DNA from: Callorhinchus milii | Lineage: Eukaryota | Assembly: GCF_018977255.1 (NCBI RefSeq) | Contig: NW_024704749.1 | Span: 3,162,001-3,226,000, forward strand | Reading direction: 5' to 3' | DNA: 64,000 bases | Shown: in pieces, positions 22,330 to 34,037 of the stretch | How positions within the stretch are numbered: the stretch's first letter is position 1 | Layout: each line of letters begins with the position of its first letter | Notes under the pieces: model-generated | What the model was told of the DNA's origin: nothing | Seen by the model: the letters and a program-made list of their open reading frames with translations, nothing else | The model's database searches: none | Made by a program: the position numbers and the translations under genes

Positions 22330-23260
22330 ATTATTCTGAGGTCGGCAGTGACCACACCAGGAACCTTCCCTATTTTGGGCGCGCAAGTTGTCCTTTCCCC
22401 CCGAAAAGCACCGACTGATTCTCTCCCCCTCCCACCCCACACCGACACGGACCGGAAGCCAAGGCCTCAGATCAGGCCTGGCCCTCGCGCCCGCCCGCCC
22501 GCCCGCCCGCCCGAGCCGCGAGGCCCGGCCCGCCGGCCACGTGACAGCCGGGGGCCTGGGAGCTCGGGTGGCGGCCCCCGGGCGGGTCTCTCTGCCGCCC
22601 GGCTCAACGCCAACACCGGGGCCGGGTCTAGGCCCGGCTGGATATCGGGCGGGACGCGAGGCTACGCTCCGGGCTGTGTCGCTGGCCCAGGCCCAGGCCG
22701 CGGCTCCGCTCGCGCTCACCTCACACCGGAGCTTCGTGGAAGAAAGAGAACAGCGCCTCCTCGGCGGCTCCTGTTACGCCGCTCCGCCCGGGGGCGCTGG
22801 CCAATCACCAGGCACTACGTCACGGAACCCCGCCCTCCCCCTCGCCCAATCACAGACGCGTCCTGCTGCAGCAATCAACCAATCAGACTGCCGGAAACGT
22901 CTGGCCTCCCACCCGACCAATCAGACACCGGCATCTGCCGCTCCCTGACACAGGCCGACACGCAGCCAATCACAGGTCAGCCCTGGGAACGACGGCAGCG
23001 GCCAATCACCGCGCAGGGTTCCTCACCGCACTGGGGCATGAGGAGCAATGTGTGTTGAACGAAGGTTGGAGCCACTGCACAAGGCGGACGGTCGCCCACT
23101 CCTGGAGTACTGTGTGGTGCACAACAACAACAACAACAACTACTTGGGTGTATATAGCGCCCTCCACGCCGGACGGCGCCTCAGAGCCCTTTACAGTAAC
23201 GGATCCCGGGGCCGAGCCAGGGCGGGGGCGGGGGGCGGGGGGCGGGGGGGTGGGGAAGGT
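22330..23260. promoter_or_regulatory. RPLP0: CpG island and RPLP0 promoter (six CCAAT boxes, CRE-like TACGTCA, ETS CCGGAA)
   Basis: High GC/CpG; CCAAT at 22801, 22846, 22879, 22917, 22966, 23002. Confidence 0.85.
22720..22750 (-). other. RPLP0: RPLP0 non-coding exon 1 with 5' TOP tract
   Basis: TTCTCTTTCTTCCACGAAG... then GAG|GTGAGC donor, inside the CpG island. Confidence 0.85.
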
Positions 23261-26200
23261 CACCAAAACCAAAGACGCAGTCAAAAAGAAAGGTCTTCAG
23301 CAGAGACCTGAAAATAGGAGAGAAGGGAGTGAGGAAGGGAGTTCCAGAGCCTCGGGGCATAGTGGCTGAAGGCACGGCCGCCTTAATAAAATCAAATAAA
23401 TAAAAATACACTCGTACCTTTTCTTTCACGTTGGGAGGATATCCCAATGACAGGTCAGCCCCCAATCGAGAGGTTGCACTGGATCCAGAATCGAGCGATA
23501 AGGCTGGCATATCGGTGTCTCCCGCTCTAAGTGCTCCGAAGCGCTACCCTGTATGAAGGGCGCCATATAAATGCAATTTGTTGTTGTTGTTTATCTGTTT
23601 ATCCCTTTAAGGCACTTTGTTGCTCCTTTTGATTGCCCACAAATTGCACACAGTCATACCACTTTACAATATGTCCAGTGAAACGATTTGAAAAGTCTCA
23701 ATGATGTGATAAGGCGCAAAATCAAATGCAAGGATTATTGTTGTCCTACACGCAGAAGATCTACAATCAAAAGAGGAAAGGCTCCCACACATCAGGAAGT
23801 AATTTCCCCATAGAGCACAGAATAACCAGTCCCTAAATACACTGATAGAGCAAGAAGGACAATATCCACCACTACATCTGGGAAACTGCACTTATTTACA
23901 CTGCAGTCATTTACATTGCATTAAAGTGTGCACCCCTGCCCAGTCCAACAATGATTTAACCCTCACTTAATCCTACCTGTCCCAGGTAACCAAAGGTTTG
24001 GTCCTACCTAAAAGGATCAAAGCGTCATACAATACATGGTCTCGCAGCACCCCCCACCCCCCCCTCCATCCCAAATCCTTTGACCATAGATCTGCCCCTG
24101 GGTGAGTCGAAAGGATAGAGTTCCAGAAATTGGGGGCAGATACACTGAAAGCCCAAATGCTGATGGTGGGGAGGGGCCATGAAGCAAGCCAGTGGGTGAG
24201 TGGAGAGAGCAGCCAAGTTTGAGGAGGTCAGGATGAAGACCTTGAACTCTACTCGCTGGGAGTTTGGAAGTCAGTGGAGCTTGGCAACAATGGTGGTGAT
24301 TGGCTCGCAGAGCCTAGTGTGGAATGTGAAAAGGTTTAGAGACAACAACAATTTGTATTTACATAGCCTGTGCCATCTTGTGCAGGTTCCGAATATTATC
24401 AGTAGCACTGTCCATTGACAACATGTCCAGGCCAACATATCACTCAGATAGATAGCGTGAATAATAATAAATAATAATCCTAGCATTTGATATAGCACCT
24501 TATCATGTCTTCAAGGCAAATGCCTTGAAGACATGATAAGGTGCCCACAAAAATATACAGTTAATTCACTTCACAGAATATACTATAAAGTGAATTAACT
24601 GTATATTTTTGTGGGCAAAACGTGTCAGCAGCACCCAGCAGTGCCCTGAAATCAGTCATGGATTGAAATGACCAATTTATTATTATTATTTTTTGGAAGG
24701 AATTATTACCTTTCTTGAAACCAAAGAATGAAGCTAATGTTTATCGTGAACTATCATGTATAATTTAGAATGCAAATAAAGCAATGAATGTCGTTCTCTG
24801 TTTGGCTCTTATTACATATCTCCAAGCAAAATGAAGCTTAAAGGAAGTGTTCCTGTAAAAAAGTGTTTTCTCAAAATAAAAATGAATAAAAAATAATAAT
24901 CCTTGCATTTAGTATAGCCCCTTTCACATTAGGACATCTTAAAGCGCTTCACAGAATTTACTGTGAAGTGGAGTGATTGTGTATTTATAGGCGAACACAG
25001 CAGCCCACTTGCGCACACCCTCAAACAGTCATAATTTGGAGGATTGTTGACCAAGCACCAGGAGAAACTCCCTTCTCTTTTTGAGTAAATAATACAAGAA
25101 AGCGTGAAAATCAGAAACTCTTGATCCATTAAACTCATCGACCGTGAACTTCACTCCACTATTACCCCAGGTGGTTTATTTTTCTGTACAATAAGGTTGT
25201 CCTACTAAATCGACAAGCTGTTTAACACCCAACATTTGAGGACATCTAACCTGCTCCTCTTATAAATTTTCGATTCATTTTTTCCTGAACATTTTGCTTA
25301 GTTATACAATAAAAACATCTTGAAAATGTTGTGCTTTCTTCTTTCAATAGATGTCCTTATGTTTGATTTTGACTTAATAAAAACGATAATATGGGAATGA
25401 GGATCATTCAACCAACTTCTTTCAAGAGTCTTCCCAGCTTGCCTTGTGGAGGATTCTCCAGTTTAGTTATTCCTCTGAGGAAAGTGAATGACCATAAATA
25501 AACGCTAACATTTCTCTTCAACTGCATAATACTCAGGGGATTCAGTGAAACACCAGAGTAGCAATCCAATGTTAATATCTGCACTATTCAACTCTTCTTC
25601 TTGTGGTTCACAAATGACATTCCCAGGAGTACCAGTGGGCTCAGTCAGTATTAAGTGGTGTATTCATTCAGCTATCTCTATGTATACATGTACCTATCAA
25701 TCACGTTCTTTAACAAATACCTATTCCACTCCATTTTAAAGTTGATCAATACAGCATTAACCACTTATGATAGGGTCTATTCCAGATTTACTGTGTTGAG
25801 AGAAACAAAATCCTTTAATCTACTCTCACTTGGTTTGCCAATTTCATACAAGTGTCCTCTACTTCTGTGGTCAGCATTGAAATCAATTTAAATGAAACCT
25901 CCACATTATCCCAGTGGTTCAACAATTTAATGACACGAATCATGTCTCCTGTCTCGCAGTGTTCATCCAGTCAATCTTGTAGAAGATTGGGCTACCCACC
26001 AGTCGGTTTGATGTTGTAGTGCGTAAATATCTTCACCAACTCAGCTGGTCTGCATCCCTTGGGGTTTGTACTCACGTCTGAATCAGCAGTTGAATTTTCT
26101 CTGCAACTTGACAGAGCTGTAATACAGCAGAATGTTCCATCACTCAAAAAAATCAGTCATTTTGCTACTTTTTCTTGCAAATAAAATGCAGTTAGAAAGC

Positions 26201-26384
26201 TGGGAAATTGGATGGCATAGTGAGCCACCAGTATTCCATTTTCTCTGATAAATGCAATCAAATTCCACCCCAATTATTAATAAGCTTTGCATTGGTTAAA
26301 GTACTATTAAGCCAGGAGGACGTTTCAAAGCATCTCACAAGATGTATTGTAAAGTGCAACAATTGTGGATTATATTGGACCCGA

Positions 26385-26525
26385 TTTAACATCTCATTTG
26401 AAGGACAGCACTTCTGACAATGCAACATTCCCCCAGCACTGCTTTTGGAGTGTCAGATTAGTTTATGAGTTCCAAATCCCGATAAGGAGCTTAAACCCAC
26501 AAATTTCTGACTAAGAGCCGAGAGT
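26385..26525 (-). mobile_element. Old Deu-type (SacSINE1/AmnSINE1-like) SINE relic; similar relics near 425-560, 39195-39320, 52225-52375
   Basis: tttaacatctcat..aaggacagcacttctgacaatgca..ggagtgtcag..aacccacaa.tttctgact matches recalled family consensus. Confidence 0.6.
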
Positions 26526-27494
26526 ATTAGTTCAAATAGCTTCTGGTGAATGCCCATGATTAAGCATGAACAAGCAATTACATATCAAAGAATGTCTGAT
26601 GTGCTACCTCACTCAAGGACCTGGATGAAATACAAAGAGTACGACTGGTACAGGGCATTGAGCTCAGACTTCTAGAAAATCTAGGCAGCTGGCATATCAC
26701 AAGTTATCCTGTAAAGTTCCTCTCATCACACCAAAGGCAGATGTCCATCGCTTTGCTGATGAGAAAACTGAGGCATGGAACAACAGCTGCCGTAAGGCAT
26801 CACCTGGAGTTTGGAATTGTGAGCACACTCATATATGCAGTAGTATGATTGATTGGTATGCAGAGGCAAGCAGTTGCTGTTCAAGCTTCACAGTTCCAAC
26901 TCTTGGAACCATCAATAGCAGGCTCGCACATTTCATGCCAAATGGTTCTGCTCAACAGGAAGCTTACGAGGAGTTCTTGATATCCATTAACTGCAGCGAG
27001 GGCCCAATTAACCTGCAAGTTAAAGCCTTAACAGGTAAGCTGGTCCGAGTTGGACAAGCATTAAGAAGCTGCCAGGCAGTGTTGCCCGTGGTAAATTTGC
27101 GATTTTAGCTGGTTGAACTCCAGCTGTACCCCAACCCACGTTCTGGGGTCCCCAAGGCTCGACTCTCACCAACCCGTACCTACTACTCTTCATAAATATG
27201 TAAGCAGGGTGCATCCCATGTGAGAAAGAGAGCGCATTCCGTTCCAGATATAAAATAATTTTCAGGTGCAGATGGTTTACGTATGTGAAACTGTCTGGTT
27301 TGGATGCTGAAGCTGGTGATGTGTTTCTGCATGTGTCAACACCCGGCTGACCAAAAACAACGGTGACATAGGAAATGGAAATACAGAAAAGGTGCTTTTG
27401 TCAGGTTTGACTTAATATTGTTGTGCAGCCTCCTATTAAATGTTTTGGAAGAGGTAACTATTACAAAGTGAAAAGACATAAAGTGAAAGTAACT

Positions 27495-27500
27495 TTTATT
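27495..27500 (-). terminator. PXN: Probable distal PXN polyA signal (proximal AATAAA pair at 29634-29644)
   Basis: AATAAA followed by a U-rich tract on the minus strand; implies a 3' UTR of about 2.3 kb. Confidence 0.45.
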
Positions 27501-29766
27501 GGCATAATTCCATGATATATGTGTAAAGCAATAATTAAAAGATGAACAAAAATGTCGATAAAACAAAGGCAATTGCTATTGATCAGGAGTCTGCAGAATC
27601 AGGACTAACTCCTTACAACAGTCTCTCATTCTTGAACGACTCCCTTTGGTTAAATGGCAGATTGAATTTCATACATTGTAAACACTGGTTAGTGAGGCTT
27701 CGATCCAATAAATTCAAACCAGTTAAAATGGCACCAGAATACTTCTGGCCTTCTGCTTTGTGACCATTTTTTTTAAAAAAAGGTTAATTATTCATGGTGA
27801 AATCAAAAATATTAGTACATACATAAGGGAGAGTCGTGTAGGGGTTTCACAGCAGGAATTAAGACTTCGTAAAAAGATAAATTATTGGCAAATTAGAATG
27901 GAGGATTTGAATAAAAATACAACAGGCTCACAATTACAAAATAGTTTGTTGACTGATGTTATTTTAGGACATGCCTGAAAGACTAACATTTTTGTGCTAT
28001 AAAAGTGAAGAGGCATGTCCTGCTCAACAGTCCTTTGGATTTTTCAGGTAAGAATCAGTCATTATTAGAAAGCATTGAGACTACCTATATCATAATAGAC
28101 TTGCGTTAAAACTACAAACTGGATGCATGTTTTACAAAAGTGGTTATGTTTTTAAAATCCAAAGTTCTGGCATGAAAGGTCAGAATTAACAGAGTTCTTA
28201 GTGATCAATGACACTGATAATTAAACCCGGAGGATAAAAACATACAGTGCTGCAAAAGATTCTGTATTTAGTACTGCAAAAGTTTCTATCAAATATGTCT
28301 ACAGCAGGTGTCTCGGAGAAAGCTCCGACACACTACATTAGGACAGTGCGATTGTGGCTGTCGCTGAGAAATATTATTGCTTCAGTTACAGTCAAAGGCA
28401 TTATTAATGTCAGAGACATTGCTGTACATCTTAAAGTGAACATTTTTCAGAATAAAATACTGCTTTCCAGCACAATCATCTCACACATTTCAAATGGATC
28501 CTTTTTAGGGGCTCGCTAACCCGTGGCCTCGTAACAGTTTTACATTGTTCCTTCAAGGGATTGTTCATTGCAGATTCTTTGCTCTCCTTAGGGATATTTT
28601 TTACAATGACATTCCTCACTGTTCAGTTTACCTTTAACACTGAAAAACACTTAGCTTGACACTTACGCACAGGTGCAGAGAGATATGGAGCTCACTCCAG
28701 GACAGTAGGGAGGTAAAAATAATTTGTGATTTCTGAAAAGGACCTGGTAAATGGGGTGAATGGTCTTCTCTCAATTCAACCTCCCGTGCACTGCTGCTGA
28801 ATATCGATTTGAGTCCTAGAGTCTGCTGGTAATATCACAAAAGGCATTGGTTTGGAGCGTTGCAAAATATGACATTTGCTCTCCATCTCTTCCAAGGTGT
28901 GAGGGAACAACTAACTGCATACAGAGCTACTTTGAATTTGTAGCTAAGAAGGATTGAAAGGGAATATACATAGCTAGGACAGGTGTGAGTGTGGAGCCAT
29001 CCTCTGACTTAGCATCCTTCTGTATAACCAAAGTATATTAGGAACCTGACACCTTCTATATGTGACACTATTGTCATTTTGAGATCAAACCAGGTGGGTT
29101 TCAGACATGTAAAACTGAAACTATAAAACTGAATAGTCTATGGCCATAGTTTTAAATCAAGCAGTCAGTCATTGAGTTCAATATGTGGGTTACAGACAAG
29201 CAAGCTAAGAGCAGCAGGGTAACCAAATAACCTCAAAAGACCTACTTTTTTCTCATATTTGTAAAATGACATGGTTTAGCGCCAACTTTTGTCCCACATT
29301 ATAAAGGAGCTCCTATCATTTGCAACGCTCTCCTCTCTTTGGAACGGATCTCATACAAGATGCTCATCAAAGAAAGCTCGGAGCTCTTGAAATCAAACAG
29401 ATTTTCCTCACAGTTGAATTTCATTTCACATCCTTCACCATTCCCAAAACAAGAGTCTCCTTTTCAATGGACATGTCTGAAGACAATCAGCATACTATAG
29501 GAATGCAAGTTGTATACCTGGCCTTCCTGGGGTACTCAGAGAAAGGGAAAGCTATAGCTTTCTGTAATACTCGTAAAATGACATTTGAGGAGCTTCTCTT
29601 CTTCTCAGTCTCTATAATGGAAAAGTAATCTATTTTATTTTATTACAAGAACCATATTACTCTTTAAAAACCTGGAGTCTTCTGTTTTGTTGGTACTGAA
29701 TGCATAGGTGTGGATTTATGGGATTGCAGGAATGGTTAAACTGGTAAAGTGTTTGGTGGGATGGGT

Positions 29767-30033
29767 TTAACAGAAGAGCTTAACAAAGCAATTGTGACAG
29801 TAGGGCTTATCATTTTGCTCCTTGAAGGTGCCCTTATTGAGCTGTTTCAGGCAGAAAGCGCAGACAAAGTGCTCTGGGTGAAATTTCTTCCCCATGGCAG
29901 TGATACAGCGACCTGTGATGGGCTTCTGGCATCCAGAGCAGAGCGAGTTACGACGCTCGTGGTAATGCATCTCACAATATGGCTGTCCATCATGTTCGAA
30001 AAAGCTGCCATTTACAAACGGGGTGAAGCATTC
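29767..30033 (-). CDS. PXN: Paxillin last exon (end of LIM3, LIM4, CFVKLFC stop)
   Basis: 267 nt, LIM Cys/His spacing, acceptor ttacag. Confidence 0.97.
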   Translation of the reverse strand, partial: ECFTPFVNGSFFEHDGQPYCEMHYHERRNSLCSGCQKPITGRCITAMGKKFHPEHFVCAFCLKQLNKGTFKEQNDKPYCHNCFVKLFC

Positions 30034-30562
30034 CTGTAAAGAAACAAAAAATTCTCATTTCGCAAAGAGCACATTTGTAATAGGGCTGTTACTAATACAC
30101 CAATACTGCACACTGTCTGTGCCAGTGTAGTTAGGTACTGGAAAATTTATGTGAACCCAGTCTTTTGTGTCATTAAAATAAAAAGAATATACCATCCAAC
30201 CCAAAATGTTATTAAAAATTTATCAACAGGTTTAGGCTTTGACATCCAAATTGTTGAATCAAGGAGTTTGAGTTCAACATAATTTTAAATATGAAAAATA
30301 TTAGGAGAGAGAGTGGAGCTGGGATAAATTATACATTTACAAGCAGCAATCTACAACATCTTTGAATATCTCTACCAAGTGAAACAATTGAGAAAATGCT
30401 TCTGCTTTTCTAATGACTGTTTAGCAGCTGTTGCAGACATAGCATTTGACAAATATTTATATCTATTCACAGCTTGCCAATCACAAATGCTGACCCATAA
30501 AGTGCCTGGGGGCCATGAGTCACATTTATCACCACAGGGATCATTAGCGACCTCTCCCTTAC

Positions 30563-30711
30563 CCGGCATACAAAGCACTCTGGGTGCCACAATGAACTGA
30601 GGGCCGAGATGTAATTTTCCAGAATGGCTCTTGCACAGCCACCACACTTGGGTGCAAACATATCAAAGTAATCTTTGCGACAATATGCCTTCCCATCTTT
30701 CTCATGGAATC
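30563..30711 (-). CDS. PXN: Paxillin exon (LIM2/LIM3: [16 protein letters not shown]...FVCR)
   Basis: 149 nt phase 1-0. Confidence 0.97.
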
Positions 30712-31456
30712 CTGAAAACAAGGAGAGGAGACATGATTGCAGTAGGATTTATGATAAACCCAGCCTTTCTGCTGTTCAAACTACAGTCAAACCTGAGCAC
30801 TCAAAAGAACTGGGCCAAAGTGACCTTTATATAAGGGTGTCTGTCCTCAGAGTAAGAGTTTGTTGGTGTGTTTTCTATCTGTGTCTGGGCTGTGGAGGTG
30901 GTTGCTTGAACAGGTTTGACTGTACTCCTACTGAAGAATAGCACACCTGCCAGATTCATCCACGAGAAGGAAGCTATTAGATGACAGGACTCTCTTGTTG
31001 AAATGTCTAAAAGCTATCACAAAGGAAAAAGGGTCTCTCAAACTCAATATCAAACAGAAAGCACTAGTAATGTGAATTTAGTGCAGTCACAGAATGATAT
31101 TGTCAAACAGCAAAATGAGTTACAATTTAATGCACAAAACAGTGACAATCACTCCTTCCATAGATAATGCCCTACTGCTTCCCAGAGAAGTTCAGTGGAA
31201 GTGCTGGCAATATAAGTAATTATGTATTTACTGGCCTCTCCTTTATACCCTTTTCCTGTTCTGTGAGGCAAAACTGATTTTGCCTGTTCAGGCTTACATC
31301 AGCACAGAGAATAGTCAGTGCTGGAAGGACAATTGACTAGAGGTGAGTATTTTACTTTCACGGAAAGAGCCTGCATTTTCTGCTGCTGTCGCTAATCAAG
31401 TAATTTGAAATCACAAAAATACACAACTTAAGATAGAAACAAGACAGAGCTTATAC

Positions 31457-31538
31457 CATCCGGTCCAAAGAAGGCTCCGCACTGGGCACAGAAGAAATGT
31501 TCAGGATGCCAAGTCCGATCCAGTGCCGTCACCACTTT
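31457..31538 (-). CDS. PXN: Paxillin exon ([27 protein letters not shown])
   Basis: 82 nt phase 0-1. Confidence 0.97.
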
Positions 31539-31876
31539 CTAGAAGACAGAAAAGCCAAGAGAAGGCATCAGTGCAGCAGAACACAGCTTCATCACACTTT
31601 GCCCCTGCTCCACACCAAGGCACTCAGTGTCAGAGCCACATGGCACTCTACACTAATTATGTTGATAAAACAAAATAAAAATATTCGATTCCTGAAGGAA
31701 TACAAAACCCAAAGGGATGCTATTCGCGAAATACAGCACTGACTGTTACAATGTCTATACGTACCTATATTTGTGACTGGTAAGGTTACACTACCCAGGT
31801 AACAAGTCTGTACTACTGAGCTCCTGGTAGAATGATGCATTTCATTTTAAACAAAGCAGCAGTCTGACATACTCAC

Positions 31877-32050
31877 ATCCAGAATGGGTCCATTGCAGTA
31901 GTTACAGCGGGGAGAAAATAGGTTATGATAGTCTTTCTCACAGTATGGCTGCCCATCACGCTCAAAGAAATTACGAGATCCAATCTCTTCTTGGCAATGG
32001 GTACAAACAAAGTGCTCTGGATGCCAGGGACGTCCCATTGCAGTCACAAC
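31877..32050 (-). CDS. PXN: Paxillin exon (LIM1: [16 protein letters not shown]...GPILD)
   Basis: 174 nt phase 0-0. Confidence 0.97.
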
Positions 32051-32757
32051 CTAACAAAAAATAAAACTTTGTAATTGTGGAACACGACAGAGAAATCTGC
32101 TCACGCAGAGCTACTACTACGTATCCGATAATATTGTAACATATGGGGTAAAATTCTACCCGAGTAGAGATTTACACTTTAATGTAACATTTCAGTGTAC
32201 AGAATTGATCAAATTGTCAATTCAGTTTTAACTTCTGAAGCCCGTTTTCTGTGGTTTTTAGAAGAACTTACCTAAACCAGCTTCAGAATTCAAGAATTTG
32301 GCAAATTCTGAATGCTCTGAAATGTTATGTTTACAAAGTGGATCTATACTCGGGTGGAATTTCTACCCAATAGTTTGTTAACCAGGGTTATAAAGGACCA
32401 GGTGCAGCCAGTTCCTGTCCAGGCAAATGAAATGAAATCTATCAATATGGATCATTGCACCAAGAATGAGGTGATAATGAATGACTGACTCACTGCCTTC
32501 AAATACACTTCTTTTAGGGTTTTGCTGACAGGATCTGCTGTGTGTGCCTGAATTGTATGGTACAAAAGATTTTCATGGCCATTGCCCCTTTTCTCAAAGT
32601 ATCCAACCCCATGGAATGGGTATATCTCCCAAACATCATTATTTTACGTAATGCTGAACAGTTTGCAGTTAACAGCATTGGATTAGATGGAGACGCATTT
32701 TTTATTGATCTTTGCAAAAAGCAAAGATGCTTCTAGTCCTGAACAATTTCTTCTTAC

Positions 32758-32937
32758 CTGTCCAGCTATAGGTTTCTTACAGGCAGCGCACACTCCCTTC
32801 GCTACGGTAGCAACCCCCAGCTTGTTCAGTCCTACATGCAGTTCATCCAGCATGTTATCCAGCTGGCTCCCAGGTTTCTGAGGAACTGCCACGGGTGAAG
32901 CTCCACTCTGCTTTCCTTTAGAGCCCGATTGTGCCAT
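32758..32937 (-). CDS. PXN: Paxillin exon (LD5 QLDNMLDEL, start of LIM1)
   Basis: 180 nt phase 0-0. Confidence 0.95.
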
Positions 32938-33887
32938 CTGTGAAGAAAACACATCGGTATTATGCTAAAGCCAAAATTTCTCCAGAAAAGAGCGCTTCAT
33001 TGCTACAGGGTGATACAACAGATAAATGTTAACCTTGTGTCTTTTCTCAGGGCTGTCTATTGGTTCATTGATACATTTAAAATGGAAGTTTTAAAAGTTT
33101 ACTGCTTACTTCAAGGTGCGATCAGCATTAAGCATTGATAGACCTTAAATTGAACATACAGTATAGATATCAGAAGATGACAACAGTTAGACCCAACTTG
33201 ACCAGCACCCAGTAAAATTGCCCTATTCGGGCATTCATTTTAGAGCAAGCACTTTAATGGAAAACCCACTTCTCATATGACAAGTATAGAAGAAAATACA
33301 CTTCTAGGTACACTCAGATCTGTAATATTTTTCAAGAGCAGGAAATGTGCAAAAAAAAAGTACATTTGAATAGTTAGTATTTGTAATATGTGTCTACACA
33401 ACTTGTAATTATAGTGCCCTTCACGTCGGATACCATTCGGAGTGCTGTGTTTGAAGAATGCCTCCGGTTCACTGATTGACAGGAACTATGCAGGTCCTGC
33501 AGAGAAATTTGGGTGATCTTCAAAGTAGTGCAAGGATTCAAAAAATAAATTGTATCCCAACCAAACCTTCTGAGATTACCAAGGAAGTCGACCGCCTGAA
33601 GAACTAGAATAACTAACATACTGTTCAATCCATGTATGGGTTTTGGATATCAAGCTTAGGTTAACTCCTATCATTGGGCAACACCAGGCAATGAATATGA
33701 CTAGAGAGTGCCAAGTTAGTAAATCACAGTGATCTTAAAGACTCATCAGCACAATAAGCTCTCCTTCTGGTCCACAATAATGAATCTTTTTACTCGTCTC
33801 ACAGCAGCACATTGCTGTAATCGAACTAAAGCAATTGTTCTCTAGCAGAACAAAGCAAAATGTCGAACTTAGCAGAGTTATACACAC

Positions 33888-34037
33888 GTTTGCATTTGCT
33901 TTTTGTTGCTGTCCACGCACAGGAGTGGGGGATTGGTGCGGCAGTGGAGGAAGGGCAAATGGATCTACCAGTCTACGATGATCGTCTTTTTGGAATAGGT
34001 TACCTGGCACAGGAGCAGTGTGGCCTGGATTGATGGG
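33888..34037 (-). CDS. PXN: Paxillin cassette exon (PINPGHTAPV...QKANAN, 50 aa), at the position of the beta/gamma-type insert
   Basis: Acceptor ccctatctag, donor GTGTGT, open 150 nt phase 0-0; no motif-level homology recognised. Confidence 0.55.

Noticed and set aside
22324-23510. Several long ORFs (up to 236 aa) on both strands
   Set aside because: Stop-poor GC-rich CpG island; low-complexity translations overlapping the RPLP0 promoter
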